In this document: piece by piece, positions 15,475-28,222 of the stretch
Position numbering within the stretch: the first letter of the stretch is position 1
Layout of the letters: every line of letters begins with the position of its first letter
From: Octopus vulgaris
Lineage: Eukaryota
DNA: 64,000 bases
Direction: 5' to 3'
NCBI GenBank assembly: GCA_951406725.2
Contig: OX597837.1
Coordinates: 5,704,001 to 5,768,000 of the forward strand
Notes under the pieces: generated by a model
Database searches by the model: none
What the model saw: the letters and a program-made list of their open reading frames with translations, nothing else
What the model was told of the DNA's origin: nothing
Position numbers and translations under genes: made by a program

Positions 15475-16296
15475 TCTTTCGAGTCAGATGAAGAACGTGG
15501 TGAAGAGGAAGCAGAGAAGGGTGACAGTTCCGGATTACAGAATAGCCCATACTTTGATAAAGCACTCTTCTCTAGACCACATCTCATAACACAAGGTGAA
15601 CCCTATGACCTTGCCAGGGATCTACAACCACCTAAGAAAAGGCAGAGCTGCTAGGCTCTCGTCTTAAACAGTGGAATCTCCTTACAACTGACGTGAATGT
15701 TTCAAAATTTCATGAGTGTCATCAGCAGTTCACCCATTTCTTCATATTGGAATGGAATTTATTGACCTGCAGCAGTATTAATTGTATGATGGAAGCACTT
15801 GGTATTGAATACGAACCCAGTAACTGGAGGCTGTTCATAGATTCATCAAAACCCAACCTGAAGGGCTGCTTGCTGTATAATGACAATAGTGAGCTATCAG
15901 TTCCTGTTTGCTATGCATTACACATGAAAGAAACTTAGAAGAATATAAAGCATGTGTTGGAATACATAAAATATGAAGAACATTAGCAGCATCTCTGTGG
16001 TGGCTTAAAGATTGTTGTTCTTGCGATGAGCTTGGAGAGTGCTACTTTCTGTGTGAATGGGACAGCCGTGCAGGAGAGACTGGCAACTTTGGCACTCATT
16101 GGGGCCTCGGATTCAGCATCTATCTGGCGTTTAGCACCCATCTCTCACTGAACCAAGCAAAATTTTGCTACCACCACTACACGTAAAACTAGAGCTCATG
16201 AAAAGTTTTGTAAATGCTATGGAGAAATTCGGTCAGAAATTGAAGTATTTAACCTCAAACTCCTCCTAACCTAGCAACGCTAAAGTAAAAGGAGTC

Positions 16297-16300
<4 letters not shown>
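15475..16300 (+). pseudogene. Chapaev3-like (CMC superfamily) DNA transposase relic
   Basis: PHLITQGE.YDLARDL / AELLGSRLKQWNLL / WRLFIDSSK..LK..LL / HMKET / CGGLK / CEWDSRA / KILLPPLHVKLELMKSFVNAM, with frameshifts and stops. Family assigned by motif recall. Confidence 0.75.
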
Positions 16301-16336
<36 letters not shown>

Positions 16337-16338
<2 letters not shown>

Positions 16339-16490
16339 CCGTAATAATGAAGGGTGAAATTAATTAATTTGGAATAATTATCAATTACACCAAGTAGTCT
16401 TCGGCATGTAAAAGCCTCATTCGAGGAAAATTTAAGTAATACTAAGCAATAAATTCGTTGCTAAACCCTTTATTGCTTAGTATTATTATA
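16337..16490. mobile_element. Short TA-embedded element with a terminal inverted repeat (16437-16453 / 16469-16485)
   Basis: taatactaagcaataaa / tttattgcttagtatta; its left part resembles 24281-24345. Confidence 0.55.
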
Positions 16491-16880
16491 TATATATATA
16501 TATATACACGCTCACGTGGTTAGCCCTGTTTGATCATAACTGAACTTCCCATTCTCTTGGACTTTACCACTTTACCACATCCAGACCTTTCAGCCCCTCT
16601 CTTCATTCACATACCAGCAATCCACCCGGATGACCACTGGATCTTCGTTGTCTTTTGAACTTTTCCTTCACAGATCTCACTGATCATTTTCGTTCATGTA
16701 AAGCCCTCTAATCTACCACGACTTTTGAATCTTTAAATGTCATTTGAGATTTATATTGAGCTAAACAATCACTCTTATGATTTATTCTAAATTTGGCGGT
16801 TAGTATTTGCGCTTTCTTAATAGACTTATAGACCGTGCAAGCTTTCGCTATTCTGTATGTATTTGTAAAGTTATTTCGAA

Positions 16881-17261
16881 CTAGCGTTATAGCCCGGCGT
16901 TGCTCGGATTTCTCTTTTAGTAGCTCTTAAAATGGCAGACTGCATTATGTAGCTTTTTATTCTCTTTAAGTGAACATTTTTCTGGTTGAAATACACCGAA
17001 AAATGGCAACACAGCAGTCAAAGAATCGTAAAAAACAAGGGATTTTCATAGAACAAAAACCCTCAAATTTTTGATGTAAATACTTTTTGGTCTTAACATG
17101 GTTCGATTTGAATTTTTTCTTCTACGGAATAAAGAGAAAGCCTTCTTCTATCAAACTCTCAATTTTGGTCAAATTGCGCCGCAGGGTCTCGGAGGAGATA
17201 GTGTTAGTTGAAGGCTACCAAGCCTGCCACACACAGACAATTTCAGCTTTATTTATATAGA
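16881..17261 (-). mobile_element. Non-autonomous Helitron, complete
   Basis: Minus strand starts TC(TATATAAATAAAG), ends with the imperfect hairpin CCGAGCAACGCCGG and CTAG, and sits between A and T with no TSD. Confidence 0.85.
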
Positions 17262-17307
17262 TAAGTCAGGAGTTTGACGATGTAAATCTTACAGAAGCAA
17301 TTCGTTT

Positions 17308-17365
<58 letters not shown>

Positions 17366-17886
17366 AAATGATTTCCTACGTTTTTGAGCGTTCTAGTATA
17401 GTTTTTGTAAAGAAAGCTTTTGTAAGGTGCTTACATAAGACGACATTTTATATTTTTTATCTTCTCAAATAACTTCCCATAATTTGCTACGTGGTGGACA
17501 GTTACTTATCCTAAAGCTATATATTCGGTAACTAGAGGCGTCGTGTTATTGGGAAAGAAATAGGATCTCCAGCGAAGGATTCTGTTTTCCAGGATTTCTG
17601 CGTTTTCTAATACGTACATACATACACACATACATAACTGAGTGTGTGTGTAGGTGTGTGTCCGTGTCCAGAGAGAGATAGAGACAGAGACAGAAATATT
17701 TAAGAGATAGAAGATATATATGTGCTTGTGTGTGCGCGTGTGTATGCTCATATATCGTTATCGTAATAATCTATGTATATATATATATATTCAAATACAT
17801 ATATATATCTATATATATATATATCTATATATCTATATATATATATAATAACATTTTTGAATTCATTATTATTATTATCATCATCT

Positions 17887-17923
<37 letters not shown>

Positions 17924-17930
17924 GATTATG

Positions 17931-17985
<55 letters not shown>

Positions 17986-18342
17986 GTAGTAGTAGTAGTA
18001 GTAGTAGATTTATCATTGTCATCCTCATTTTTATTGGCTGTCGTGTATGACTTGGTCGCAAAAGATGATTTTTTTTTGTTTTTTGTTTCAATTAAAAAAC
18101 GATAGCAATGAGATTTCGTTCACAATGATTTGCTTTTCCGCTTTGCGATTTTATGACCCAAAAATATTTCAACCTTTTCTCAGGCTTTAAAGAATATTAT
18201 TGGCAGAGTTTGTGTGGTAGCTCTTGCTGGTAGCATGTGTAATCCAGCATTGCCGCAAACAAGAGAATGAGGAACATTTCAAAGAGAGATACAGTCATAC
18301 ATGACAGCCAATAAAAATGAGGATGATGATGAAAATGATAAA

Positions 18343-18382
<40 letters not shown>

Positions 18383-18435
18383 ATGCCTGCTGCTGCTGCT
18401 ACTACTACTACTGCCTGCTGCTGGTGCTGCTGCTG

Positions 18436-18501
<66 letters not shown>

Positions 18502-18519
18502 ATAATAATATAATTGAGG

Positions 18520-18660
18520 CAGAAGGCTGAGAAGTGGCAGAATCGTTAGGACACTGGACGGAATGCTTAGTGAAGCGTCATGTCATCCGTCATTACATTC
18601 TTAGTTCAAATTGCATCAGCGCCGAATTTGCTATTAATACATTCAGGGTCGATAAATTGG
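18520..18660 (+). mobile_element. SINE family C 5' fragment
   Basis: gtggcagaatcgttagg...ttagttcaaatt...gggtcgataaatt. Confidence 0.7.
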
Positions 18661-18979
18661 TGTTCTTATTTTCGTGTTTTGATGCAAAATGGAGAGGATG
18701 ACCAATTAAAGTATGTGATCGGCAAGAAAAAAATTGTTAAGATACTTTCTTAGCATGAAACAAACGGTAGCCTTAATATACAAATAAATACTTTTCCCTC
18801 TTTATTTCTTAGTATGTAGTGAAAAATTTATCTGAGCATGAGAGAAAACGGAAAGGACCTGCATACAGTGCTGCCAACGGAGGTTTAACAACATCGTTGC
18901 GCACAAAAATGTGAGTACAAGAAGTAAAGCTTCCTTCAAGGCAGAGCTAGAAATGCCCCTGTCAAGGAGGCAAGAGACT

Positions 18980-19220
18980 TTAAACAAGAGCGATATATTC
19001 GAAACTGGTAAAACTAAAAATTGTCGAGGATAATACAAATTTATTATTGATAATGAATATATTAGTGTCCCAAAATCTAACCCGTTCGTGCCAAACACGA
19101 GGCCAAACATCCCTGAAAATTTCATTCGAATCCATCCAGCTGTTCTTGAGATATCTTGTCCACAGCCGAAGAAACACGACTGGAAACAATACCTCCGCCT
19201 TGGCTTAGGCGGATGCAATA
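18980..19220 (+). mobile_element. Helentron/HINE-like non-autonomous element
   Basis: aaaatttcattcgaatccatcc...ttgagatatc, then aaacaatacctccgcct-tggctt-aggcgg terminal hairpin. Left boundary uncertain. Confidence 0.55.
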
Positions 19221-19361
19221 GACAAACGCAGTAACAAAATGGAAAACTCTACACCATTGAGAGTATCAAAACCATCACCACCACCACCACCACCACCACC
19301 ACCACCATCACCAGCACCACCACCACCACCATCACTGGCACCACCACCGCCGCCGCCACTA

Positions 19362-19580
19362 TCTATTTCTTTACTAACCAAAAGGGGCCAAACACAGAGA
19401 GGACAAAAGGATAAAGTAGATTACATCGACCCCAGTGCGTAACTGGTACTTATTTAATCGACCCCGAAAGGATGAAAGGCAAAGTCGACCTCAGCGGAAT
19501 TTGAACTCAGAACGTAACGGCAGACAAAATACCACTAGGCATTTCGCCCGGCGTGCTAACGATTCTGCCAGCTCGCCGCC
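19362..19580 (-). mobile_element. SINE family C inside a (CAC)n tract
   Basis: Full unit. Confidence 0.9.
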
Positions 19581-19583
19581 AGC

Positions 19584-19880
19584 ACTATCACCACCACCAC
19601 CACCACCACCACATCACCACCACCACCATCACCACCACCACCACAACCACCACCACCACCATCACCACCAGCACCACCATCACCATCACCACCACCACCA
19701 CCATCACCACCACCACCACCATCACCATCACCAGCACCACCACCATCACCCCCCATCCGCATCATCACTACCACCACCACCATCACCACCACCATTAACA
19801 TCACCATCACCACCATCACCATCACCACCAGCACCACCACCAGCATCACCACTACCACCACCATCACGACAACAACAACA
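19584..19880. repeat. (CAC/CAT)n microsatellite
   Basis: Seen directly. Confidence 0.95.
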
Positions 19881-20280
19881 ATAACTACAACAACGAGAAA
19901 ACCAATAACGATGACAACAGTAATAACAAAATTCTTGTTATTGCAAATATATTTGATTGTGATTTTTTTTCTGATATGCAGGAAGGTTTTCAATTATGGA
20001 ACTGGGAAATTTAATTGAATTATTAATTAAAATTATCAGATAACAAAAACACACACAAAAGCATCCAATAACAACGAGGAATAAATTCCATGAAGAATAT
20101 TTGGTCTTTTCAACTCTCCATATTTTCTGTGACCCGAATCTTTTGGAATAATTATGGAAAATGTGATCTTTCACATTCGAGATTTTCAATCCCATAATTT
20201 CATTGGAATTTTCTTCTTGCCACCTGTCTGCCGGCCTATCACCATTTTCTCCCTCCCTCTCTTTCTCTATCTCTCTCTCC

Positions 20281-20330
<50 letters not shown>

Positions 20331-20358
20331 CCATCTTCCGTCTTTCGTTTGCCATATA

Positions 20359-20454
<96 letters not shown>

Positions 20455-20519
20455 ATAATAAATAAAACATATGCATACATACATATATGTACATACCTAC
20501 ATCTATATCTATATATATA

Positions 20520-21170
20520 CAAGCATATATGGGTACAGGACACCAAAAAACGTAGAATGCAATGAGGAACGAAAGCATAAACACAAAAACATGGAAACGG
20601 ACTTTTTTCAAACAACGAAAAAATAGATTACAAGACGTACAACACCAGGAATATTCCCCTTCTTCAGTTGCCCCTGTTTCGGAGGTAAGAGCAAGACACG
20701 ACTTCGTTGAAACAGTCCTTCCCGCAAAGCAATAAAATAAAATTTGGGATTTTTTGCGGAGGCGTAAAAGATGAGAGACAGATGTTCTCCGTATAGAATA
20801 CATATCGTAATGCTCAAGAGGTTTAAACTTGAACAGGTAGAGGATTAAATATAAAGAGTAAGTTAAATTAGGTAAGTTTATATGCAAAGAATATTAAATA
20901 CATTTAATACAAATATTGTACATGTTTACATATAAAAATAGTCCGACTTACACGAAATAGAAATGATATCCAGAATAAAAGGATTTGAATAAGAGCTTTA
21001 CTAGAGCAACAGCTGTTTCTGAGGGCTTGGTTGTCGAAAATAATGATTGTAAATTTATTCAATCATTGGATAATACCAGCTTCTGTCATCAGGGAAGAAT
21101 TTTGCATTTGAGTTGCTCACAGAGATATTAATCTCCTGTCTTTTCAATATATTGTCAGGTTTAAAAACCA
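20520..21170 (-). mobile_element. TA-flanked Penelope-like 3' end/pLTR relics with a degenerate hammerhead at 21008-21092
   Basis: Minus strand: FKPDNILKRQE (like a PLE C-terminus), then CTGATGA...long hairpin...GAAAC AGCT GTT. Confidence 0.45.
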
Positions 21171-21737
21171 TATATATATATATATATATATACAGATTTA
21201 CGTGTGTATATATGAATACATTTATATAAGTATGGATATACATACATTTACACGTATATATGCGTTTATACCCACAGTATATGTTTTACATACATACATG
21301 TACATTCATTTGTTTATCTATGTACGAATGCGTATCTTTTGGATTTATATCTTCTCATGTATGTTTGTATTTGTATATGAGTGTGCATACCGTATACATA
21401 CACAAAATTTACCGCGAGACAAAATATGGTAAGAAATTGAAAATCTGATACAGGCCAAGAAAAATATGTAACTAATAAGTACATGCGTATATTTTAAAAA
21501 GAGTAATTATATCTAAAATTGAGGGTTTATTTTATTTTAATACATGATAGTTTATTTAGGTGTAATTTTAACATTTCGTCATTAGTTTTTGCACTTTCGT
21601 GTTTGCGGTAAATTGAGACTAATTTTCTTGAAAAATATTCTAATGAATTCGTATACGGTAAAACAAGTACACATACAACAGCTCATATATTATTTATCTT
21701 TTTGCGTATCTCTCTCTCTCTCTATCTTTTCCTATCG

Positions 21738-21799
<62 letters not shown>

Positions 21800-21869
21800 G
21801 TCTGACTGTCTGTCTATCCATTTATATGCACATATATAAATACATAATCATGTAGATATATGTCTGTAC

Positions 21870-21909
<40 letters not shown>

Positions 21910-21934
21910 TTGTACGTATATATATGTGCTTGTA

Positions 21935-22002
<68 letters not shown>

Positions 22003-22005
22003 TGT

Positions 22006-22318
22006 GTGGAGGCGCAATGACCCAGTGGTTAGGGCAGCGGACTCGTGGTCGTAGGATCGTGGTTTCGATACCCAGACCGGGCGTTGTGAGTGTTTATTGA
22101 GCGAAAACACCTAAAGTTCCACGAGGCTCCGGCAGGGGATGGTGGCGATCCCTGCTGTACTCTTTCGCTACAAGTTTCTCTCACTCTTTCTTCTGTTGGC
22201 CTGCTCAATTAGCCAGTGGAGTGGCGTCATTTGAAGGCTAAAACAATGCGAAGCGCATTGTGACCAGCGATGTGTACGAACATCTGATAGCCTGGTCGGT
22301 CACGGTGATCATGGTGAT
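22006..22318 (+). mobile_element. tRNA-headed SINE B with alternative tail Y
   Basis: First ~185 bp match 25347-25535; the 3' part is unrelated to tail X. Confidence 0.85.
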
Positions 22319-22605
22319 ATATATATATATATATAACATTTATAGAAATATACCGTAATATATTTGCAAATATGAGTTTAGGGATGCGTATGAACAAATT
22401 TGTACAGGACAAATGCTAAATTTATATGGAAATATTTCTGTGTATATAAATATGTATCTTTATATACATGTACCCCTTATTCACATAATCACCGAACCTG
22501 GAACTTAACTATGGTCTATCTATAGCACTTATTTGGCATTACCTGACCCCCTTGGGTCTCAATGACACTATTACCTCTTATAACCTCTCTCTCTATATAT
22601 ATATA

Positions 22606-22644
<39 letters not shown>

Positions 22645-22696
22645 TATGCATTTATATACTCATGTACATATATATATGTATATACATATATATATG

Positions 22697-22742
<46 letters not shown>

Positions 22743-23004
22743 CAATTAAGGACAACTACTTAATAAGGAAAACTTAACAAGAAATTGTAGGTAGATAGCG
22801 TGAAAACCTCATAAGAGAATAAATTTCGAAAATAATTATTTCTTATTGAACATATTAATTTATATATAGAGGGCATTATACATACATGCCAGCGGGCATT
22901 ATACATACATGCCACACGCTAAGAGGGACAATTAGTCATTTCTACCAAAAAATATTACTAATCCCACCGAGTGCAATTTTTCAAAGTAAGACATTTAAAA
23001 ATAT

Positions 23005-23052
23005 AGACCTGTATCACAGTGATTTCATACTTACGTACTCATCAGCAGGCCT
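23005..23052 (-). ncRNA. Type I hammerhead ribozyme (inverted copy)
   Basis: Exact reverse complement of 23256-23303. Confidence 0.85.
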
Positions 23053-23255
23053 GAATGTATCATACATAAACAAACGACCCTGCCCCGCTTAAGTCGATCA
23101 GCTAACTGATCAACATCAACGAAGCACATGGGTGTAAAAGTATGCCATTTACAGGATGTAATATATGTAAACTCACCCATGTGCTTCGTTGATGTTGATC
23201 AGTTAGCTGATCGACTTAAGCGGGGCAGGGTCGTTTGTTTATGTATGATACATTC

Positions 23256-23303
23256 AGGCCTGCTGATGAGTACGTAAGTATGAAATCACTGTGATACAGG
23301 TCT
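23256..23303 (+). ncRNA. Type I hammerhead ribozyme
   Basis: Stem I AGGCCTG/CAGGTCT; core CTGATGA; stem II GTAC-GTAA-GTAT; GAAA; palindromic stem III ATCAC-T-GTGAT; cleavage triplet AUA (after 23296). Confidence 0.9.
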
Positions 23304-23734
23304 ATATTTTTAAATGTCTTACTTTGAAAAATTGCACTCGGTGGGATTAGTAATATTTTTGGTAGAAATGACTAATTGTCCCTCTTAGCGTGTGGCATGT
23401 ATGTATAATGCCCGCTGGCATGTATGTATAATGCCCTCTATATATAAATTAATATGTTCAATAAGAAATAATTATTTTCGAAATTTATTCTCTTATGAGG
23501 TTTTCACGCTATCTACCTGACAATTACTTGTTAAGTTTTCCTTATTAAGTAGTTGTCCTTAATTGCTAAATTTTTATTCCGAAAAAACTTTTCCTCTCCC
23601 GAAATGCAATTCGTAAAAGTATGCCATTTACAGGATGTAATATATGTAAACTCACCCATGTGCTTCGTTGATGTTGATCAGTTAGCTGATCGACTTAAGC
23701 GGGGCAGGGTCGTTTGTTTATGTATGATACATTC

Positions 23735-23782
23735 AGGCCTGCTGATGAGTACGTAAGTATGAAATCACTGTGATACAGGTCT
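23735..23782 (+). ncRNA. Type I hammerhead ribozyme (tandem copy)
   Basis: Identical to 23256-23303; predicted cleavage after 23775. Confidence 0.9.
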
Positions 23783-24224
23783 ATATTTTTAAATGTCTTA
23801 CTTTGAAAAATTGCACTCGGTGGGATTAGTAATATTTTTTGGTAGAAATGACTAATTGTCCCTCTTAGCGTGTGGCATGTATGTATAATGCCCGCTGGCA
23901 TGTATGTATAATGCCCTCTATATATAAATATATATATATATATATATGTATGTATATATATATACATATGCATGTATATATGTATATATACATATATAAG
24001 TATGCCTATGTGCATGTATCTATACGTGTGTGCGTTACCTTTCGGGATGGCAATTTTTTTGTGAAATAAACATACGCAACAAATTCATAAACGTATACAG
24101 ATGCATGTTCATACACACACACACACACGCACAGACACACACACACATATATATATACATACATATATATATATACATATATATACATAGATATACATAT
24201 ACATATATACGTACATACATACAA

Positions 24225-24280
<56 letters not shown>

Positions 24281-24286
<6 letters not shown>

Positions 24287-24812
24287 GAATAAGGGTAGAA
24301 ATTGATATTAATCAATAAAAACCAGTGGCCTAGCATATTAAAAAAATCCGAAGATTAAAATATTTTTTACATACAAAATTTAAAGGACTGACCACTAAAA
24401 ATGGACGGTCAATATGCTAGATATAGACGTCAAAATCGCTATTTTCCGCGAAGAATGTGTTCTCAAGAAAAGATATACATAACTATAATTTGTTGAACTC
24501 TATGTATGCGGGACTCCGGTCAAACGTTATGTATCTAGTTTTGGAAATTATGTTTGTATACGACAGACTATACTGATGAGCTTGCAGATTTTCGCGTATG
24601 CATATACGTGAATATTAACAAGTGAAACTGATCGGTACATAGGTAATCGTTTTTATTTCGTATATTTTCATTTGTCTTGCTTATTTTTTTACACTTTGGT
24701 TTTGTGCTGAGTTTTTTCTTGAGAACACATTCTTCGTGGAAAATAGCGATTTTGACGACTATATCTAGCATATTCACAGTCCACTTTTAGTGGTCAGTCC
24801 TTTAAATTTTAT
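24281..24812 (+). mobile_element. TA-flanked Penelope pLTR-like element with ~97-bp inverted arms (24375-24471 / 24714-24810)
   Basis: Arms are imperfect reverse complements; a hammerhead lies between them. Confidence 0.75.
24568..24642 (+). ncRNA. Type I hammerhead with extended stem II
   Basis: CTGATGA, GCTTG...ttcgcgtat-gcat-atacgtgaa...CAAGT, GAAA, self-complementary ACTGATCGGT, GUA site; stem I ctat/atag with a mismatch at the first pair. Confidence 0.7.
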
Positions 24813-25346
24813 ATATATGCAAACACACATATACTGTCGCACAACCCAGCGCACTTATTAAATAAGCAGCACAAAGCATTCTTCCCATGTGTTCATAGTT
24901 TCCACAAAACTTTTACATTTTACGACAAATCGAAATACTTTAAGACTACAACCTCTGTATTGCTATCAAACTCTTTGTTTTCAGATTATATGATATAGAG
25001 TACAGATATGACATAAGCTTGGTATTAACTTAATGAAATTAGTATATTTACATTATCATCACATTGCTTCATATTATACATTCTTACTTTATTTTGTTTT
25101 CACTTAATTACTATTTCTACCTTTCACCTAGCTTATAATTTATGTAACAGCTATCAGAATTAAATCCTGCTTAAACTAAACTGTATACACTTAACTTACC
25201 ACAATTTTCAGTCATCATTTTTATTTACTTTATTCCATCATTGATATTGTATCTGTTCTATTCAGCATTATTTTATTTATTTCATTCTTATGTTTTATAA
25301 ATGCTTCGATTCGAATCTAGTGATAACTCATATTATATTAAGTAAG

Positions 25347-25729
25347 TGGAGGCGCAATGGCCCAGTGGTTAGGGCAGCGGACTCGCGGTCGTAGGATCGC
25401 GGTTTCGATTCCCAGATCGGGCGTTGTGAGTGTTTATTGAGCAAAAACACCTAAAGCTCCATGAGGCTCCGGCAGGGGATGGTGGTGATCCCTGCTGTAC
25501 TCTTTCCCCAAAACTTTCTCTCACTCTTACTTCCTGTTTCTGTTGTACCGGTATTTCGAAGGGCCGGCCTTGTCACACTCTGTGTCACGCTGAATATCTC
25601 CAAGAACTACGTTAAAGGTACACGTGTCTGTGGAGTGCTCAGCCACTTACACGTTAATTTCATGAGCAGGCTGTTCCGTTGATCGGATCAACCGGAACCC
25701 TCGTCGTCGTAACCGACGGAGTGCTTCCA
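25347..25729 (+). mobile_element. Full-length tRNA-headed SINE B + tail X
   Basis: tRNA-like head (tggcccagtggttagg...gtttcgattcc); 13-bp TSD tatattaagtaag at 25334-25346 and 25730-25742. Confidence 0.92.
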
Positions 25730-25829
25730 TATATTAAGTAAGCATATCATATAATGTGAAAACGATGCCTATGGCTATCCACAACAAAGGTGAAATATTC
25801 AAATATAGAATAATGATGTGTTTCTAATT

Positions 25830-26030
25830 TTGCACATGACGCGCAATTTCGGTGGCAGCGGGTTCAAATCACTTTCATTGTCCTTAGTAGTATTCAACTC
25901 AAATCGTATTTCTATCGACTCTGGTTAAATGAAAAGCAAAGTCGACCACGGTGAAACTTCAACCCAAAACGTAATGGTTCCGAAAAATGCGTTTAAGTAT
26001 TTAGTTCGATGCGCTAAAGATTCGTAGTGA
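25830..26030 (-). mobile_element. Old SINE family C copy
   Basis: tatcgact...gaaaagcaaagtcgaccacgg. Confidence 0.6.
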
Positions 26031-26579
26031 GTGGTAAAATATAAAATAATGAACGACTATTTGCATATTTATGCTTAAAACACCGAAACCGGTTAGGACA
26101 CAAAATATGCTAGTCAGTGCAGTGTATGTCGTAAGAGAATAACTTGTTTATTTTACGACGACACTCTGTTCAAACAAACAGTTCATTGTCCCACGACGTT
26201 CCGGGAGAATGCTGTTTCAACGTGTTTCGTCTCGTCTTTCATCGTAAACTGCTCAAACTTAGCTTGATTTATTTGCCTTAGGTTATACAATTCTGACGAT
26301 TTCGAAGAAGGATGAAATGGGTCTGTACATGATAACTGATACATAGAAATTTTTGATTTCTTTTTAAGGAGTAAGTAGAAAAATTATTATGTATATTCTA
26401 TGAATCTTAAAAATTACTAATTGATTTAAATTTCATGCTTTTAATTCTGTCAAGATTGATCTGAAAAGGATTATCTCTCTTATAATACTTAACCAGCAGG
26501 ACACAACACGTGATGAAATCACTCAAAACCCACGCACGTCAAGACACAGCAATTCCTCCATCAACATTACCTGATCAAA

Positions 26580-26880
26580 AAGCAAACCATATGTCTCTTT
26601 AGCTCTCATGTCCACTTATCACCGTTGCTCATCCGTCACCTTTGGAGCTTTCTCATGCCTCCTTTAGCAACAGCTTGTCCATGTACGGCCAAATTAAGTA
26701 GAGAGCGTGACACTTGTTACAGTGCTTTATGACCAAACCAATTTATTTTCTACTTTTTCACAAATGGCAGATCAATTTCGTGTTTCGCACGCTTCCAAAC
26801 AATTTTACTCATGATGAATTCTTTTGTTCGCTGTTCTGTCACTGCGACGCTTAACATCCATGTCTCCTGCTGGGTCCGCA
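26580..26880 (-). mobile_element. Possible degraded RTE LINE 3' fragment
   Basis: Minus strand contains a NWFGH motif in an interrupted frame. Confidence 0.35.
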
Positions 26881-27048
26881 GCATGAATTAATATATAAAC
26901 CAAAATTAAAATTAAATAAATTAGTGTCAACGCGACAGTGTGTTTCCGTAGTACATAATTAGGATGGTTGCAAACGGATGCAATTAGGACATATGCATTC
27001 CTGCATCATATGCATGCATGCATGTATGTATATATATATATATATATG

Positions 27049-27097
<49 letters not shown>

Positions 27098-27195
27098 ATA
27101 AATGTGCGTATATATATATAAATGCGTGTATATATATATATACACATATATACATACATATACATACAAATATACATACATAAATAAATATATAC

Positions 27196-27234
<39 letters not shown>

Positions 27235-27826
27235 CATATAAATATATATATATGTATACACATATATATGTTTATATACGTACGTATGAATTCAGACACA
27301 CAAGTATGTATATATACAAATATATACATGTTTACTTATTTGTATATATATGTACGCACGTCTGAGTATATATGAGTGTGTGAGTGTGAATGTGCGTGTA
27401 TGTGTGTGTATGTGTGCATGAGTGGTTTTCTCACTACGTAGCTAAGAGCTCATTTACTTTCTCCTCTGCGATCTTCGGACGCGGAGAGTGGATGGGAGTT
27501 AAATTGTTGCTTACTTTAACAGAATATTGAAATGTATGCATGTATATATGTATATACATAGGAAAAAAAGTGTTTATGTAGATATGTGTGTATGTGTATG
27601 TGCGTACGCGTGTGTGTGTTTGTGTGTGTAAAGACATGAATATTTTAAAAGATCACACATCTCGTACGAAGGCATAGATACAAGCTCACGCACAACCGTA
27701 CGCACTCGAATATATATATATATATATATGTATAATCAGGAACACAGACACATACACACACAGACACACGCGCACACACACATACACACAGATATATAAA
27801 GAAGAATAAAGTTACATATGCCGATG

Positions 27827-27892
<66 letters not shown>

Positions 27893-27930
27893 CATATATA
27901 CATATCTATATGTACACGTATACATATGCC

Positions 27931-27961
<31 letters not shown>

Positions 27962-27994
27962 TCATATATACAGGTATGTGTATATATATGTATG

Positions 27995-28030
<36 letters not shown>

Positions 28031-28114
28031 GATATGTATGTATATATACATATATATATTCATATATAGAGACATGTATATATATCTGTATGTATATATA
28101 TTTAAATATATATG

Positions 28115-28222
<108 letters not shown>

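Larger units (their letters stand above)
22740..23928 (+). mobile_element. Hammerhead-bearing retrozyme / non-autonomous Penelope-like element: inverted copy plus ~1.66 tandem copies of a 479-bp unit
   Basis: gtaaaagtatgcc at 23134 and 23613; 22740-23133 is the reverse complement of 23175-23568; (TA)n on both flanks; no credible ORF. Confidence 0.85.

Noticed and set aside
20640-20730. Hammerhead on the minus strand (CTGAAGA and CGAAAC present)
   Set aside because: The motifs are in an order and spacing that I could not fold into stems I-III.
22886-24015. Repeated 68-aa ORF MPAGIIHTCH... as an encoded peptide
   Set aside because: It is antisense to the hammerhead strand, repeated only because the unit is duplicated, and has no recognisable motif.
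25347-25425. tRNA gene-like sequence (also at 22006, 35981, 47811, 48449)
   Set aside because: Acceptor and T stems pair poorly, and each continues into a SINE body, often with TSDs: SINE heads, not tRNA genes.
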